Source: Syntrophales bacterium (GTDB taxonomy: Bacteria > Desulfobacterota > Syntrophia > Syntrophales > UBA2210). From it: DNA of 64,000 nucleotides. The DNA is taken from positions 1,632,001-1,696,000 of the forward strand of contig CAXXNF010000002.1 in NCBI GenBank assembly GCA_963666365.2, given 5' to 3'. Position numbers and translations under genes: made by a program. Under the pieces are notes generated by a model. It ran no database searches. It had not been told where the DNA came from and was given only the letters and a program-made list of their open reading frames with translations. Positions 48,639 to 58,646 of the stretch are shown in pieces. Position 1 is the first letter of the stretch, and the number at the start of each line of letters is the position of its first letter.

Positions 48639-49289
48639 GTGACATGTATAGGTATTTTTATCATGAGTTCTCAAGAAACATATGCGCCTGATTCCCGATT
48701 CACCAGGGCAGCAAAAATTTTTCAAAAGCATGGCGGTATCCTCAGGACATCGCAAGCGCTTAAAGCCGGCATTCATCCGACAACGCTTTATGCCATGAGA
48801 GACTCAGGGGAAATTGAAGTGATCAGCCGAGGGGTGTTTCGTCTTTCAGATATCCAGCCACTTGGCAATCCGGATCTGGTAACCGTGGCAACCCGGGTCC
48901 CGCACGGTGTTATCTGCCTGATTTCCGCTCTATCTTTTTACGAACTGACCACCCAGATACCCCACGAAGTTCACGTAGCGCTGCAGCGAGGCGCGGAAGA
49001 ACCCCGCCTGGATTATCCGCCCATTAAGACATATCGCTTCACCGGCGAAGCCTTCACGGCAGGTGTGAATATTCATGAACTCGACGGTATTGGTGTGCGT
49101 ATTTATAGCCCGGAAAAGACCCTTGCCGACTGTTTCAAGTTTCGGAACAAGGTCGGCCTCGATACTGTAATAGAAGCGATCCGTTTTTACCGTGAAAGAA
49201 AAAAAATCAAAGTGGACGATCTTATGCGTTATGCCACTATCTGCCGTGTGAACAAAATCATGCGCCCCTACCTTGAGGCAATCCTGTAA
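48639..49289 (+). CDS. abiEi: AbiEi type IV antitoxin/regulator
   Basis: GGILRT, ISRGVFRL, ICLISALSFYELTTQIP, IYSPEKTLAD; start may be ATG 48663. Confidence 0.9.
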   Translation: MTCIGIFIMSSQETYAPDSRFTRAAKIFQKHGGILRTSQALKAGIHPTTLYAMRDSGEIEVISRGVFRLSDIQPLGNPDLVTVATRVPHGVICLISALSFYELTTQIPHEVHVALQRGAEEPRLDYPPIKTYRFTGEAFTAGVNIHELDGIGVRIYSPEKTLADCFKFRNKVGLDTVIEAIRFYRERKKIKVDDLMRYATICRVNKIMRPYLEAIL

Positions 49290-50206
49290 TGGCTGGAAAA
49301 ACGAAAAATATCGCCGCTTCAGTACATCAGCGTCTTTTGAACAAAGCCAAAGAATCTTCACGCCCATTTAATGAAATTCTCCAACACTTTGCTATCGAAA
49401 GATTCCTATATCGATTTTCTAAAAGTCCACACGCAGACAGGTTTGTATTAAAAGGGGCCTTGATGTTTTCAGCATGGACCGGATCAATGTCCCGCCCCAC
49501 CATGGATATCGATCTTCTCGGCAATATCGAGAACAGCATCGATTCGGTCGTCACTGTTTTCAAAGATGCCTGTGACACGGAAGTCGAGAATGACGGCATT
49601 GTTTTCCATAAAGACACTGTCACCGCTACCAGGATTACCGAGGATGCGGATTACAAAGGTGTTCGGGTTTTGCTCCGCGGCAGTCTCAGCAGCATACGGC
49701 TCTTTCTCCAGGTAGATATCGGCTTTGGCGATGTGATCATCCCTAAACCCGGCAAAGTCAAATATCCTGTGGTCCTTGATTTTCCTAAGCCTGAACTGGA
49801 CGGATATACAATGGAGAGCACCGTGGCGGAAAAATTTCAAGCGATGGTTAAGCTCGGCTTGCTGAACAGCCGCATGAAAGATTTCTACGATATCTGGTTT
49901 TTGTGCCGCAGGTTTGACTTCAAGGGGAAAACCCTGGTTGAGGCGATTGAGAAAACGTTTGAAAAAAGGAAAACCCCGCTCATCAGCGAACCCACGATCT
50001 TTAATCCCACGTTCATGAAGGATGACACCAAGCAAGCTCAATGGCAGGGATTTATAAAGAAAACAAAGCTTACCGACACACCGGACTCCTTTGAGGATAT
50101 TGTATCATATATCAAAACTTTTTTACAACCGGCTGTAGCCTCAATAATCGATCGGAAAGCCTTCGGTTTTTTTTGGAAAGCGCCAGGAGGTCCTTGGCGC
50201 AAGTAG
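49289..50206 (+). CDS. abiEii: AbiEii nucleotidyltransferase toxin
   Basis: FVLKGAL, RPTMDIDL, AEKF, NSRMKDFYD. Confidence 0.92.
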   Translation: MAGKTKNIAASVHQRLLNKAKESSRPFNEILQHFAIERFLYRFSKSPHADRFVLKGALMFSAWTGSMSRPTMDIDLLGNIENSIDSVVTVFKDACDTEVENDGIVFHKDTVTATRITEDADYKGVRVLLRGSLSSIRLFLQVDIGFGDVIIPKPGKVKYPVVLDFPKPELDGYTMESTVAEKFQAMVKLGLLNSRMKDFYDIWFLCRRFDFKGKTLVEAIEKTFEKRKTPLISEPTIFNPTFMKDDTKQAQWQGFIKKTKLTDTPDSFEDIVSYIKTFLQPAVASIIDRKAFGFFWKAPGGPWRK

Positions 50207-50284
50207 CCAAGAGTATTCGGTGTAATTAAAAATTGAAGAGAAATGAAAATATAATGCGAGGCAGCATTAAGGTGTAAATATTTC

Positions 50285-53212
50285 ATGGAATATCAGGACT
50301 TGCTTGGAAAATACAATATACTGTTAAAAGAAGTAAACCGATTAAAAATTGAAAACAGGCAGTTAAAAGCCAATCTCGGTTTGAGAGAATATCAATCATC
50401 CCCAAATACACCTCCGGTGGTTCAACAGGAAAAAGGAATCTCTGCCGATGAACCAAATGCTGAAAACCAATGCATCGATGTAAACAATTCTTCGGATTCT
50501 TTTTCAAAGATTCATCTGTTTAAGTCACTTTTTAAGGGCCGCGAGGATGTTTATGCGAAACGATGGGAAAACAAAAGTAAAGGGAAATCGGGTTATACTC
50601 CAGCCTGTCTGAATGAATGGCAACCAGGGATATGCGGAAAGCCCAAAATTTCCTGCTCAAAATGTAATAATAAAGCATATGCCGAATTGAATGATAAAGT
50701 TATTGAGAATCATTTGAGAGGCAATACCGTTATCGGCATTTATCCCATGTTGCCGGATGAAACATGCCGTTTTCTGGCAATGGATTTTGATAAGGATAAT
50801 TGGGAAAAGGATGTCACGGTCGTGCGGGACGTATGCAATGAGTTCATGATCCCCATAGCCGTTGAGCGCTCACGTTCCGGTAAGGGCTGCCATGCCTGGT
50901 TTTTCTTTGAACATCCGGTTCCTGCCGTCCTGGCCCGTAAATTCGCTACGGCCGTTTTAACCTTTGCCATGAGCAGACGGCATGAAATCAAATTCAAAAC
51001 CTATGATCGGTTGTTCCCCAGCCAGGATACCATGCCCAAGGGCGGTTTGGGGAATCTGATCGCACTGCCATTGCAAAAAGAAGCAAGGGAAAACGCCAAT
51101 AGCGAATTCATTGATGATGATTTTCAATCGTACCAAGATCAGTGGGCCTTTCTTTCCGGAATTCAAAAGATATCGAAAAGCCGCATAGAACATCTTATTC
51201 CTATGATTTCCCCCGGGAATGAACTGGGCGAGTTGAAGATCGATGAAGAAGAGGAAAAACCTTGGGAAACGTATAAGCCCATAGTCATCCTGGATAAAAG
51301 CGATTTTCCGGATAACGTCATTATTGTCAAGGCAAACATGCTGTTTCTTCCTAAAGCAGGCATCTCTCAGCGGGCGTTGAATCGAATAAAGCGTCTCGCG
51401 TCCTTTAAAAACCCGATGTTTTTCAGACAGCAAGCCATGCGTTTGCCGACACATAACCATCCAAGGGTCATTTCCTGTGCGGAGGAAACACAAGATTATC
51501 TGTGTTTGCCCAGGGGGTGCGAGACTGACCTGGTCAATGAACTCGACAAACTCGGAATAGCCATCGAAATGATCGACAAGACCTTTACCGGCAAACCAAT
51601 AAAGGCGGAATTCAAGGGTCATCTCCGGGGCGAACAAAACCTGGCTCTCGGCCAATTGCTCCGGCATGACACCGGCATACTTTCGGGGACTACGGCTTTT
51701 GGCAAAACCATTGTGGCGATCAAACTGATAGCAGAGAAAAAAATAAACACACTGATCCTGGTGAACAAAGTCAGCCTGCTGTCGCAATGGAAGGAAAAGT
51801 TGTCCGAATTTCTCGAAGTCAACGAAAGCGTATCCGAGGGACCGATCATCGTTGCCAAGAAAAGGGGACGTAAAAAGATCAAACACGTAATTGGGCAAAT
51901 CGGCGCCGGCAAGGATACCTCAAGCGGCATCATCGATATTGCGGTAATGCAATCGTTAAGCAGACAAAGAGAGGTCAAGGATTGCGTAAAAAATTACGGC
52001 CTAATTATTGCCGATGAGTGTCACCATGCATCGGCACTCACCTATGAACAAATTCTGAAAACAACCCCGGCGAAATATGTTTATGGCCTGACCGCCACCC
52101 CGGCACGAAAGGACGGGCACCACCCGATCCTGTTCATGCAATGCGGCCCCATCCGATATCGGGACAATCCCAAAAGACAAGCGGAAAACAGGCCCTTTGA
52201 CCACTATATAATCCCGCGATTCACTCCCTTGAGAATGCCCTTGGACATTGACCCTAAGGACCTGACCATTCAGGCATTATATACTGAGATCATGGAAAAT
52301 GATTTCAGGGATCAGCAGATCATCGAAGATGTATTGAAAAACCATCATCAGGGCAGAAATTGTCTCGTGTTAACCCTCAGAACAGCCCATGTCGAGAATC
52401 TCGCAAGGAAATTGAAAGAACATATTCCGGACGTGATAAGCTTGACAGGTGGAATGGGCAGAAAATCAGCGCGGAGAGCTTTTGAAGGCATAAACGATAT
52501 TCCCGCCGATAACCCTATCGTTCTAGTGGCAACCGGCCATTTCATCGGCGAAGGTTTTGACGAACCCCGCCTCGATACGCTTTTCCTGGCCATGCCCATA
52601 TCGTGGAGGGGAACCCTGCAGCAATATGCAGGCAGGCTCCACCGCCTGTTCAGTACGAAAAAAGAGGTGAGAATCTATGACTATGTAGATATTCAGATAA
52701 AGATGCTGGAAAAAATGTATCAAAAGCGGCTAGCCGGATACGCTTCAATGGGATATAAAGCCAAGGGTGAAGTGGCAACGGACGCGCCTCCGGATATCAT
52801 CTTCGACAAGGATAATTTTTTGCCTGTTTTCAATCAGGATATTGTTGCCGCAAAAAAGGAGGTCTTTATCGTAAGCCCGTTTGTCAGGAAAAGGCGTACG
52901 CAACAAATGGTACGGAATCTAAACGTCGCAACCAGTAAACATATCCATATCACTGTCGTAACTCGTCCAAAAAAGGATTTTCCAGAGAAGGATCACCTTG
53001 CTATGCAAAAAGCCTTGGATCTCTTAATCGACAATGGACTTAACATTATGTTCAAATCAGATATCCACCAGAAGTTTGCCATTATGGATCAAAAGGTTGT
53101 GTGGTACGGAAGTATCAATCTGTTGAGTTATGGCAGCGCCCAAGAAAGCATCATGCGCATTGAAAGTTCCAATATTGCGAATGAATTAATGAAAACCATT
53201 GAACGTAAATAA
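50285..53212 (+). CDS. AEP primase-like (TOTE type) + SF2 DEAD/DEAH helicase + PLD-like nuclease fusion
   Basis: MDFD, ERSRSGKGCHAW, GNLIALPLQ; TAFGKT, DECHH, GLTATP, QQYAGRLHR; HQKFAIMD and GSIN. Confidence 0.85.
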   Translation: MEYQDLLGKYNILLKEVNRLKIENRQLKANLGLREYQSSPNTPPVVQQEKGISADEPNAENQCIDVNNSSDSFSKIHLFKSLFKGREDVYAKRWENKSKGKSGYTPACLNEWQPGICGKPKISCSKCNNKAYAELNDKVIENHLRGNTVIGIYPMLPDETCRFLAMDFDKDNWEKDVTVVRDVCNEFMIPIAVERSRSGKGCHAWFFFEHPVPAVLARKFATAVLTFAMSRRHEIKFKTYDRLFPSQDTMPKGGLGNLIALPLQKEARENANSEFIDDDFQSYQDQWAFLSGIQKISKSRIEHLIPMISPGNELGELKIDEEEEKPWETYKPIVILDKSDFPDNVIIVKANMLFLPKAGISQRALNRIKRLASFKNPMFFRQQAMRLPTHNHPRVISCAEETQDYLCLPRGCETDLVNELDKLGIAIEMIDKTFTGKPIKAEFKGHLRGEQNLALGQLLRHDTGILSGTTAFGKTIVAIKLIAEKKINTLILVNKVSLLSQWKEKLSEFLEVNESVSEGPIIVAKKRGRKKIKHVIGQIGAGKDTSSGIIDIAVMQSLSRQREVKDCVKNYGLIIADECHHASALTYEQILKTTPAKYVYGLTATPARKDGHHPILFMQCGPIRYRDNPKRQAENRPFDHYIIPRFTPLRMPLDIDPKDLTIQALYTEIMENDFRDQQIIEDVLKNHHQGRNCLVLTLRTAHVENLARKLKEHIPDVISLTGGMGRKSARRAFEGINDIPADNPIVLVATGHFIGEGFDEPRLDTLFLAMPISWRGTLQQYAGRLHRLFSTKKEVRIYDYVDIQIKMLEKMYQKRLAGYASMGYKAKGEVATDAPPDIIFDKDNFLPVFNQDIVAAKKEVFIVSPFVRKRRTQQMVRNLNVATSKHIHITVVTRPKKDFPEKDHLAMQKALDLLIDNGLNIMFKSDIHQKFAIMDQKVVWYGSINLLSYGSAQESIMRIESSNIANELMKTIERK

Positions 53213-53297
53213 CCAGAAAAAAGGTCCGCAGGTGGGTGAACCGGTAGGTTTTTTATGGTTACCGAAAAGGCAATATAACTGGTTGATATAAAAAGAA

Positions 53298-53320
53298 ACC
53301 CTGCCAATATTTGGCAGGGT
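53298..53320. terminator. Bidirectional terminator downstream of tRNA-Asn
   Basis: ACCCTGCCAA-TAT-TTGGCAGGGT with A and T tracts on either side. Confidence 0.75.
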
Positions 53321-53328
53321 GTTTTTTT

Positions 53329-53404
53329 TGGCTCCCCAGCGCGGACTCGAACCACGGACCCGATGGTTAACAGCCATCTGCTCTACCAACTGAGCTACTG
53401 GGGA
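53329..53404 (-). tRNA. tRNA-Asn(GTT)
   Basis: 76 nt cloverleaf, anticodon loop CTGTTAA, GGTTCGAGTCC, CCA end. Confidence 0.97.
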
Positions 53405-53491
53405 ACACTATGTCTAAAGAACGTCTCCCTTGCGGAAGTCTGGGTTAATATCAGAGTGACTTTCTATTTTCAACTACTTTTTTATTAATTA

Positions 53492-54199
53492 TTATCTGCA
53501 GCTCACGCAGGTGGTCAGTTCGGCGAAGGGAACTCCGCTTTTTGCACTTATGTATTTGAGCTGATCTTCGGGAGCAAAGAATCTTCCGCACACAGCACAG
53601 GGCACCATCTTGAACACTTTGTCCCAGATGATCCGCTTGTCGTCGACTTCTTCCATGGTCACGTAGCCCGTGGGACATACATAGGCGCAGGAACCGCAGC
53701 CGATGCAGGCATCCGGATCGAAATCAATGCGGGGCTCCGGCACGTCTCTGCCCACTCCACGATCAAGAAAGCTGAGGGCCTTGACGCCGACGATCTCGCT
53801 GCATGCCCGCACGCAGAGTCCGCAAAGAATGCATTCGTGCTCTTCCCCCTTTTCCGGATATACATCCACGCCGAGCGAGCCAGCCATTTGGCGAACCGCC
53901 TCCGTTTCGGGGTACTTCGCATAGAGAAGCGCCGCAGCCAGTTTTCTGCTTTCCTTTACGTTGTCGGAATCGGTCTTTATCTCCATTCCCTCTTCGACCG
54001 GCGTTGTGCAGGAAGCCGCAAGCTGCCACTTTCCGTTTGTCTTTACTTCAACCGTACAAAGCCGGCAGGCGCCAAAAGGGCTGAGGTCCTTATGGTAACA
54101 AAGAGTGGGAATCGCGATATTCAATTCCTGAGCGTTTTCCAGTACCGTCGAGGCCTCTTTGGCCTTCACTTTCCGCCCGTCTATAACTATGGTAACCAT
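53492..54199 (-). CDS. 2Fe-2S/4Fe-4S protein (NuoG/SfrA N-terminal-like)
   Basis: IPTLCY...GACRLCTVE...ASC; CILCGLCVRAC; CIGCGSCAYVCP. Confidence 0.9.
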   Translation of the reverse strand: MVTIVIDGRKVKAKEASTVLENAQELNIAIPTLCYHKDLSPFGACRLCTVEVKTNGKWQLAASCTTPVEEGMEIKTDSDNVKESRKLAAALLYAKYPETEAVRQMAGSLGVDVYPEKGEEHECILCGLCVRACSEIVGVKALSFLDRGVGRDVPEPRIDFDPDACIGCGSCAYVCPTGYVTMEEVDDKRIIWDKVFKMVPCAVCGRFFAPEDQLKYISAKSGVPFAELTTCVSCR

Positions 54200-54238
54200 T
54201 CTTTTCCCCTTTATATAAAAGAATCCTTAAAGACTGCT

Positions 54239-56158
54239 TTACTTTTCCCAAACCACAACCCGGTAACACCGCAGGCAGCGCTTCGCCTCTTCCATGGCCG
54301 CCGATGTGGAAAAACCGCCTTCCACCTCGTCGAAGCAGGCTTTCCTTTTCTTTACATCCATAAGATCAACGTCAAAGGCGGACTTTTTCGCCACATATCC
54401 GGCGCTCCGCACTTTCTTTATGTCGACGCCGCCAAAGGTCAACGCATCCGACAACGCACAACCGCCGAGGTAGGCATCGATGTTTTCCGCAGCCCTGTTC
54501 CCTGCGTCGAGGGCTTCGATGAGGGTTGCGGCGCCTGTGACACAGTCGCCACCGGCATAGACGCCGGGAATCGCCGTTTCGAGGGTGATCGGATGTGCAT
54601 CGATGGTCCCCCAGGATGTCAATTCAAGCGTTTTCGCGCCGCCCACTACGGGCAGTGCAGGACTCTGGCCTATGGCTGCAATAATCATATCCGCTTTCAC
54701 CGAAAATTCGGATCCTTCAATCGGCACGGGTCGCCGTCTTCCGCTTTCATCCGGTTTTCCCAGCTTCATCTTGCAGCAATTGACCGCCTTGAACGCCCCC
54801 TCCTCCGCCATAATCGAAACCGGTGCAGCTAGGTAGCTTACTTTCACGCCTTCTTCTACAGCGCCTTCAATTTCTTCATCGCTTGCGGGCATTTCTTTCC
54901 TCGAGCGACGGTACAGAATCTCCACCTCTTTAAAGCCGAGACGCACGCAACTGCGGGCGCAATCCAGGGCCACGTTTCCGCCGCCGACGATAATGACTTT
55001 CTTTTTAGGTTCGATCTTTACACCCAGATTCATGTCGCGTAAAAATTCCACGCCGTCTACAAAGCCGTCACACTGGGCATCTTCTCCCTCAACGCCCATG
55101 TCGTTTCCCTTGTGGGCGCCCACGGCAATGAAGAGCGCTTTATACCCTTCCTTCTGCAGACCCTTCCAATCGAGTTTCTCCATGGGGGTATTGTAGCGAA
55201 TATCAACACCGGTTCGTTTAATGAGATCGACTTCGTGGTTGAGTATGTCCGTAGGAACCCGGTATTCTGGAATGCCCACCGCAACCATGCCGCCGCCGCG
55301 CGGCAACGCTTCAAACACGGTAACACCGTATCCCTTGGCTCTGAGCCGATATGCCGCGGCGAGTCCTGCCGGCCCGGCGCCGATAATAGCGACTTTTTCG
55401 CCTTTTTGCACGGCCGCTGTCGGAAGGGAACCGGCGCCGCAGGAGAGTTCTTTATCCGCAGCCGACCGCTTCAGAAGCCGGATGGCAAGGGGTTCGTCGA
55501 TGTCGCTGCGGACGCAGGCTTCTTCACAGGGATGGGTGCAGGCGCGACCGATGATGCCGGGCATAATGCATTTCTCCCGGATAAGGTCGAGTGATTCGGC
55601 AAAGCGGTTGTTCTTGATCAGTTCAATGTATCCGGGAATATCCAGACCTGCCGGGCAGGCCTCCATGCAGGGCGCCGTGACGGTGGTCGCATATTCCTTC
55701 TTTTCACCTTTTCGCTCACCGGAACCAAAGGCCTGAAAATCGGCCTTAAAATGCCTTATCGCGTCCAGGACAGGGATCAGTGCCGACTGTCCGAAAGAAC
55801 ACTTGCTCGTTGCCGAGACCTGTTTGATTATCGAGTCTATTTCCGCCAGAACGGCCTTGGCGCTGCTCCCGTTCTCGAGCTCGTCAAAAAGATCGAGAAC
55901 GGCGTCGATTCCGAGCATACACACGGAGCACTCCCCGCAGGAAATCTTTCTAATTTCGTTGAGATACTCTACCGTAAGGGAAACCACATCGGTCTTCGGA
56001 TCAACCACCACCAGCCCGTTCCATCCGATGAGCGATTTCAGCTCATCGCCGGATCGAAGTGAGGGGAATTCCATGTTGCCTGCGGGCGCTTTAGAGGCCT
56101 TCGCCTTTCTGTTATCGATGATCTTCCCGTTCCAACTGCTGAATGCAATTTTGTCCAT
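54239..56158 (-). CDS. SfrB-like FAD/NAD(P)H oxidoreductase (NuoF-type 4Fe-4S domain + GltD-like domain)
   Basis: FSSWNGKIIDNR start, CGECSVC, CMEACP, GRACTHPCEEAC, GAGPAG, GGGNVALD, YRRSR. Confidence 0.85.
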   Translation of the reverse strand: MDKIAFSSWNGKIIDNRKAKASKAPAGNMEFPSLRSGDELKSLIGWNGLVVVDPKTDVVSLTVEYLNEIRKISCGECSVCMLGIDAVLDLFDELENGSSAKAVLAEIDSIIKQVSATSKCSFGQSALIPVLDAIRHFKADFQAFGSGERKGEKKEYATTVTAPCMEACPAGLDIPGYIELIKNNRFAESLDLIREKCIMPGIIGRACTHPCEEACVRSDIDEPLAIRLLKRSAADKELSCGAGSLPTAAVQKGEKVAIIGAGPAGLAAAYRLRAKGYGVTVFEALPRGGGMVAVGIPEYRVPTDILNHEVDLIKRTGVDIRYNTPMEKLDWKGLQKEGYKALFIAVGAHKGNDMGVEGEDAQCDGFVDGVEFLRDMNLGVKIEPKKKVIIVGGGNVALDCARSCVRLGFKEVEILYRRSRKEMPASDEEIEGAVEEGVKVSYLAAPVSIMAEEGAFKAVNCCKMKLGKPDESGRRRPVPIEGSEFSVKADMIIAAIGQSPALPVVGGAKTLELTSWGTIDAHPITLETAIPGVYAGGDCVTGAATLIEALDAGNRAAENIDAYLGGCALSDALTFGGVDIKKVRSAGYVAKKSAFDVDLMDVKKRKACFDEVEGGFSTSAAMEEAKRCLRCYRVVVWEK

Positions 56159-56190
56159 GCCTGAATCACCTTATTGAGTCGTTTCTATGG

Positions 56191-57153
56191 TTAATCCTGT
56201 AACAATTCTTCCCAGGAGTGAAGGTTGTCGACCTTGTCGAGCAGTTTATTATACTCAAGAATCACCCGTTCCTGTATGGCGGCAATCTGCTCCGGCTTCA
56301 GGTGCCTGAATCTTCCCTGGCTCTTGATGTAGTCTTCCACCGGCTTTATCTCTTCCGGCCTGTAGGTCATTCGGTACTTGCCGTCTTCCACTTCATAGAG
56401 GGGGAAGACGCCCGTTTCAACAGCCAGTCGCCCCATCTTAATGGCATGGGCTGAAGGAACCCTCCACCCTGTGGGACATACCGAAAGGCAGTGGATGAAG
56501 CTTGGCCCGTCGACCTTTCGCGCTTTTTTGACCTTGTTCATAAAATCGATGGGATAGCTGTGACAGGCTGTCGCCACATAGGGCACATTGTGGGCAACCA
56601 TAATTTCCGTTAAATTCTTCTTCCACTGCCCCTTTCCAAGGCTCGCCACACCGGCGGGATTGGTGGTGGTGGACGCGCCGAAGGGGGTCGCGCTGGAACG
56701 TTGGATACCGGTGTTCATGTAGGCTTCATTGTCAAAACAGACATACAGTACGTTATGGCCGCGCTCCATGGTGCCGGAAAGCGCCTGAATGCCAATGTCG
56801 AAGGTCCCGCCGTCGCCGCCGATCGCTACGGTCTGGACATCGCGGTCGGCAATGCGGCCCTTTCGCCGCAGCACTTTCAATCCTGCCTCCACCCCTGCCG
56901 CCACCGCCGCGGCATTCGGAAAGGCCACGTGAATCCAAGGCAGATTCCATGCCGTGGTCGGATACATGGTCGATATGACTTCCATACATCCCGTTGCATT
57001 GACAACAATCGTGTCCTTGCCGAGGGCCTTGCACATCAACCGTATTGCAAGCGCTTCGCCGCATCCCTGGCAGGCACGATGTCCCGCACTGAAGTATTCT
57101 TCCTTATCTACGAGCCTCGGGGCATATAGATCAAAGTTTTCAACTATACTCAT
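56191..57153 (-). CDS. porB: Pyruvate/2-oxoacid:ferredoxin oxidoreductase beta subunit
   Basis: GHRACQGCG, TPP motif GGDGG...DNEAYMNTG. Confidence 0.93.
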   Translation of the reverse strand: MSIVENFDLYAPRLVDKEEYFSAGHRACQGCGEALAIRLMCKALGKDTIVVNATGCMEVISTMYPTTAWNLPWIHVAFPNAAAVAAGVEAGLKVLRRKGRIADRDVQTVAIGGDGGTFDIGIQALSGTMERGHNVLYVCFDNEAYMNTGIQRSSATPFGASTTTNPAGVASLGKGQWKKNLTEIMVAHNVPYVATACHSYPIDFMNKVKKARKVDGPSFIHCLSVCPTGWRVPSAHAIKMGRLAVETGVFPLYEVEDGKYRMTYRPEEIKPVEDYIKSQGRFRHLKPEQIAAIQERVILEYNKLLDKVDNLHSWEELLQD

Positions 57154-58328
57154 GATCCCCTCACACCAAATATTTCGTATTCTTCTTTCGGTTTCGTCTT
57201 CAGGGCCTGTGCCGCTTTTTCGATGATCTTCTTGAAATCGCTCACGGGAACATCACGTCCGCCCAATCCAATTATTTCATTGATAATTACCGGCCTATCC
57301 GCCTGATCGTACATGGCGGAACGCACTTCCGAAAAGACCGGACCACCCGGACCGCCGTAGGATACCGCCCTGTCAAGCACTGCCAGCACCTTGCATCCTT
57401 TGAGCGCCTTTCTCAGTTCTTCGAAGGGGAAGGGCCGCCACAGCTTCAATTTCAAAAGCCCCACGGACACTCCTTCTTTTCGCATTTCTTCCACGGCGAC
57501 TTCCGCCGTCTCCCCCATGGACCCCATGGTCAGAAGGAGTATATCGGCGCCGCGCGCCTTATGCGAAATGATGGGTTCGTACTTTCTCCCGAATTTCTCC
57601 TCCCATTCCTTCCATACCTCCAGAATGATCTTCTTGGAGTCCTTCAGCACTTCGTCTTTCACCTTGGCTGTTTCGTTGAATATCTCCGGCAGCGCCAACG
57701 TTCCCATTGAAACGACATTGTCGGGATGCACGGCCGCGAAGGGCTTGTAGGTGGGGAGAAAGGCATCGACTTCTTTTTGGTCGGGCATTTCCATGGGTTC
57801 CACCACGTGGGTGAGTTGGAATCCGTCCAGATTGAGATTGACCGGCAGCATGACATCGCGGTGTTCGGCAATCTTGAATGCCTGAATGGCCATATCGATC
57901 ACTTCCTGGCCGTTGTCGGCAAACAGCGAAATCCAGCCGCAGTCCCTCTGGTACATGATATCGCTCTGATCGTTCCAGATATTGATGGGGCCTGAAAGGG
58001 CGCGATTTCCTACGATCATCACCACCGGAAGCCGCATGGACGACACGATGGGAACAACTTCCGACATATAGGCAAGTCCCTGGGAACTGGTTGCCGTAAA
58101 AGCCCTGGCGCCCGCGCCCGATGCACCGCAGCAGGCGCTCATCGCGGAATGTTCCGACTCGACACAGATAAAATCAGCATCCAGCCTTCCTTCGGCCACG
58201 ATATCGGAAAGATGTTCCGGAATATGTGTGTTGGGGGTAATGGGGTAGGCGGCAATGACATCGGGTTTGCAGAGGGCAACCGCCTCGGCGGCTGCAAGCG
58301 CTATTTCCATACCAATTCGCTTTGACAT
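57150..58328 (-). CDS. porA: Pyruvate/2-oxoacid:ferredoxin oxidoreductase alpha subunit
   Basis: AYPITP, VESEHSA, ATSSQGL. Confidence 0.93.
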   Translation of the reverse strand: MSKRIGMEIALAAAEAVALCKPDVIAAYPITPNTHIPEHLSDIVAEGRLDADFICVESEHSAMSACCGASGAGARAFTATSSQGLAYMSEVVPIVSSMRLPVVMIVGNRALSGPINIWNDQSDIMYQRDCGWISLFADNGQEVIDMAIQAFKIAEHRDVMLPVNLNLDGFQLTHVVEPMEMPDQKEVDAFLPTYKPFAAVHPDNVVSMGTLALPEIFNETAKVKDEVLKDSKKIILEVWKEWEEKFGRKYEPIISHKARGADILLLTMGSMGETAEVAVEEMRKEGVSVGLLKLKLWRPFPFEELRKALKGCKVLAVLDRAVSYGGPGGPVFSEVRSAMYDQADRPVIINEIIGLGGRDVPVSDFKKIIEKAAQALKTKPKEEYEIFGVRGS

Positions 58329-58332
58329 CGTT

Positions 58333-58626
58333 CTAACCCTCCTCAATCATCGTGATGGCCTTTGGCCAGCACTCGTGCGCACAGATTCCGCACCCCTTGC
58401 AATAATCAAGGTCCGCTTCAAAATATCCGTTTTTCTTTTGGGTCACGCATCCTTCGGGGCAGAAGATGTAGCATACGCCGCACTGGATGCATCTGCTCTC
58501 GTCAAAAATGGGCCGTTCGGCTCTCCAGGAACCCGTGTGATACTCCCGCGCACTGCCCGGATTGAACACCATACAGCCGGGATTCAGATCCTGCCAGTCT
58601 TCCGGCCACTTCTTCTTTTTTTCCAT
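58333..58626 (-). CDS. porD: Pyruvate/2-oxoacid:ferredoxin oxidoreductase delta subunit
   Basis: TGSWR, two CxxCxxCxxxC motifs. Confidence 0.93.
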   Translation of the reverse strand: MEKKKKWPEDWQDLNPGCMVFNPGSAREYHTGSWRAERPIFDESRCIQCGVCYIFCPEGCVTQKKNGYFEADLDYCKGCGICAHECWPKAITMIEEG

Positions 58627-58646
58627 TGGACATAATCCTCAATCGT

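Noticed and set aside
50957..54832. Long antisense ORFs 50957-51898 and 53837-54832
   Set aside because: Overlap well-supported genes on the opposite strand and lack motifs
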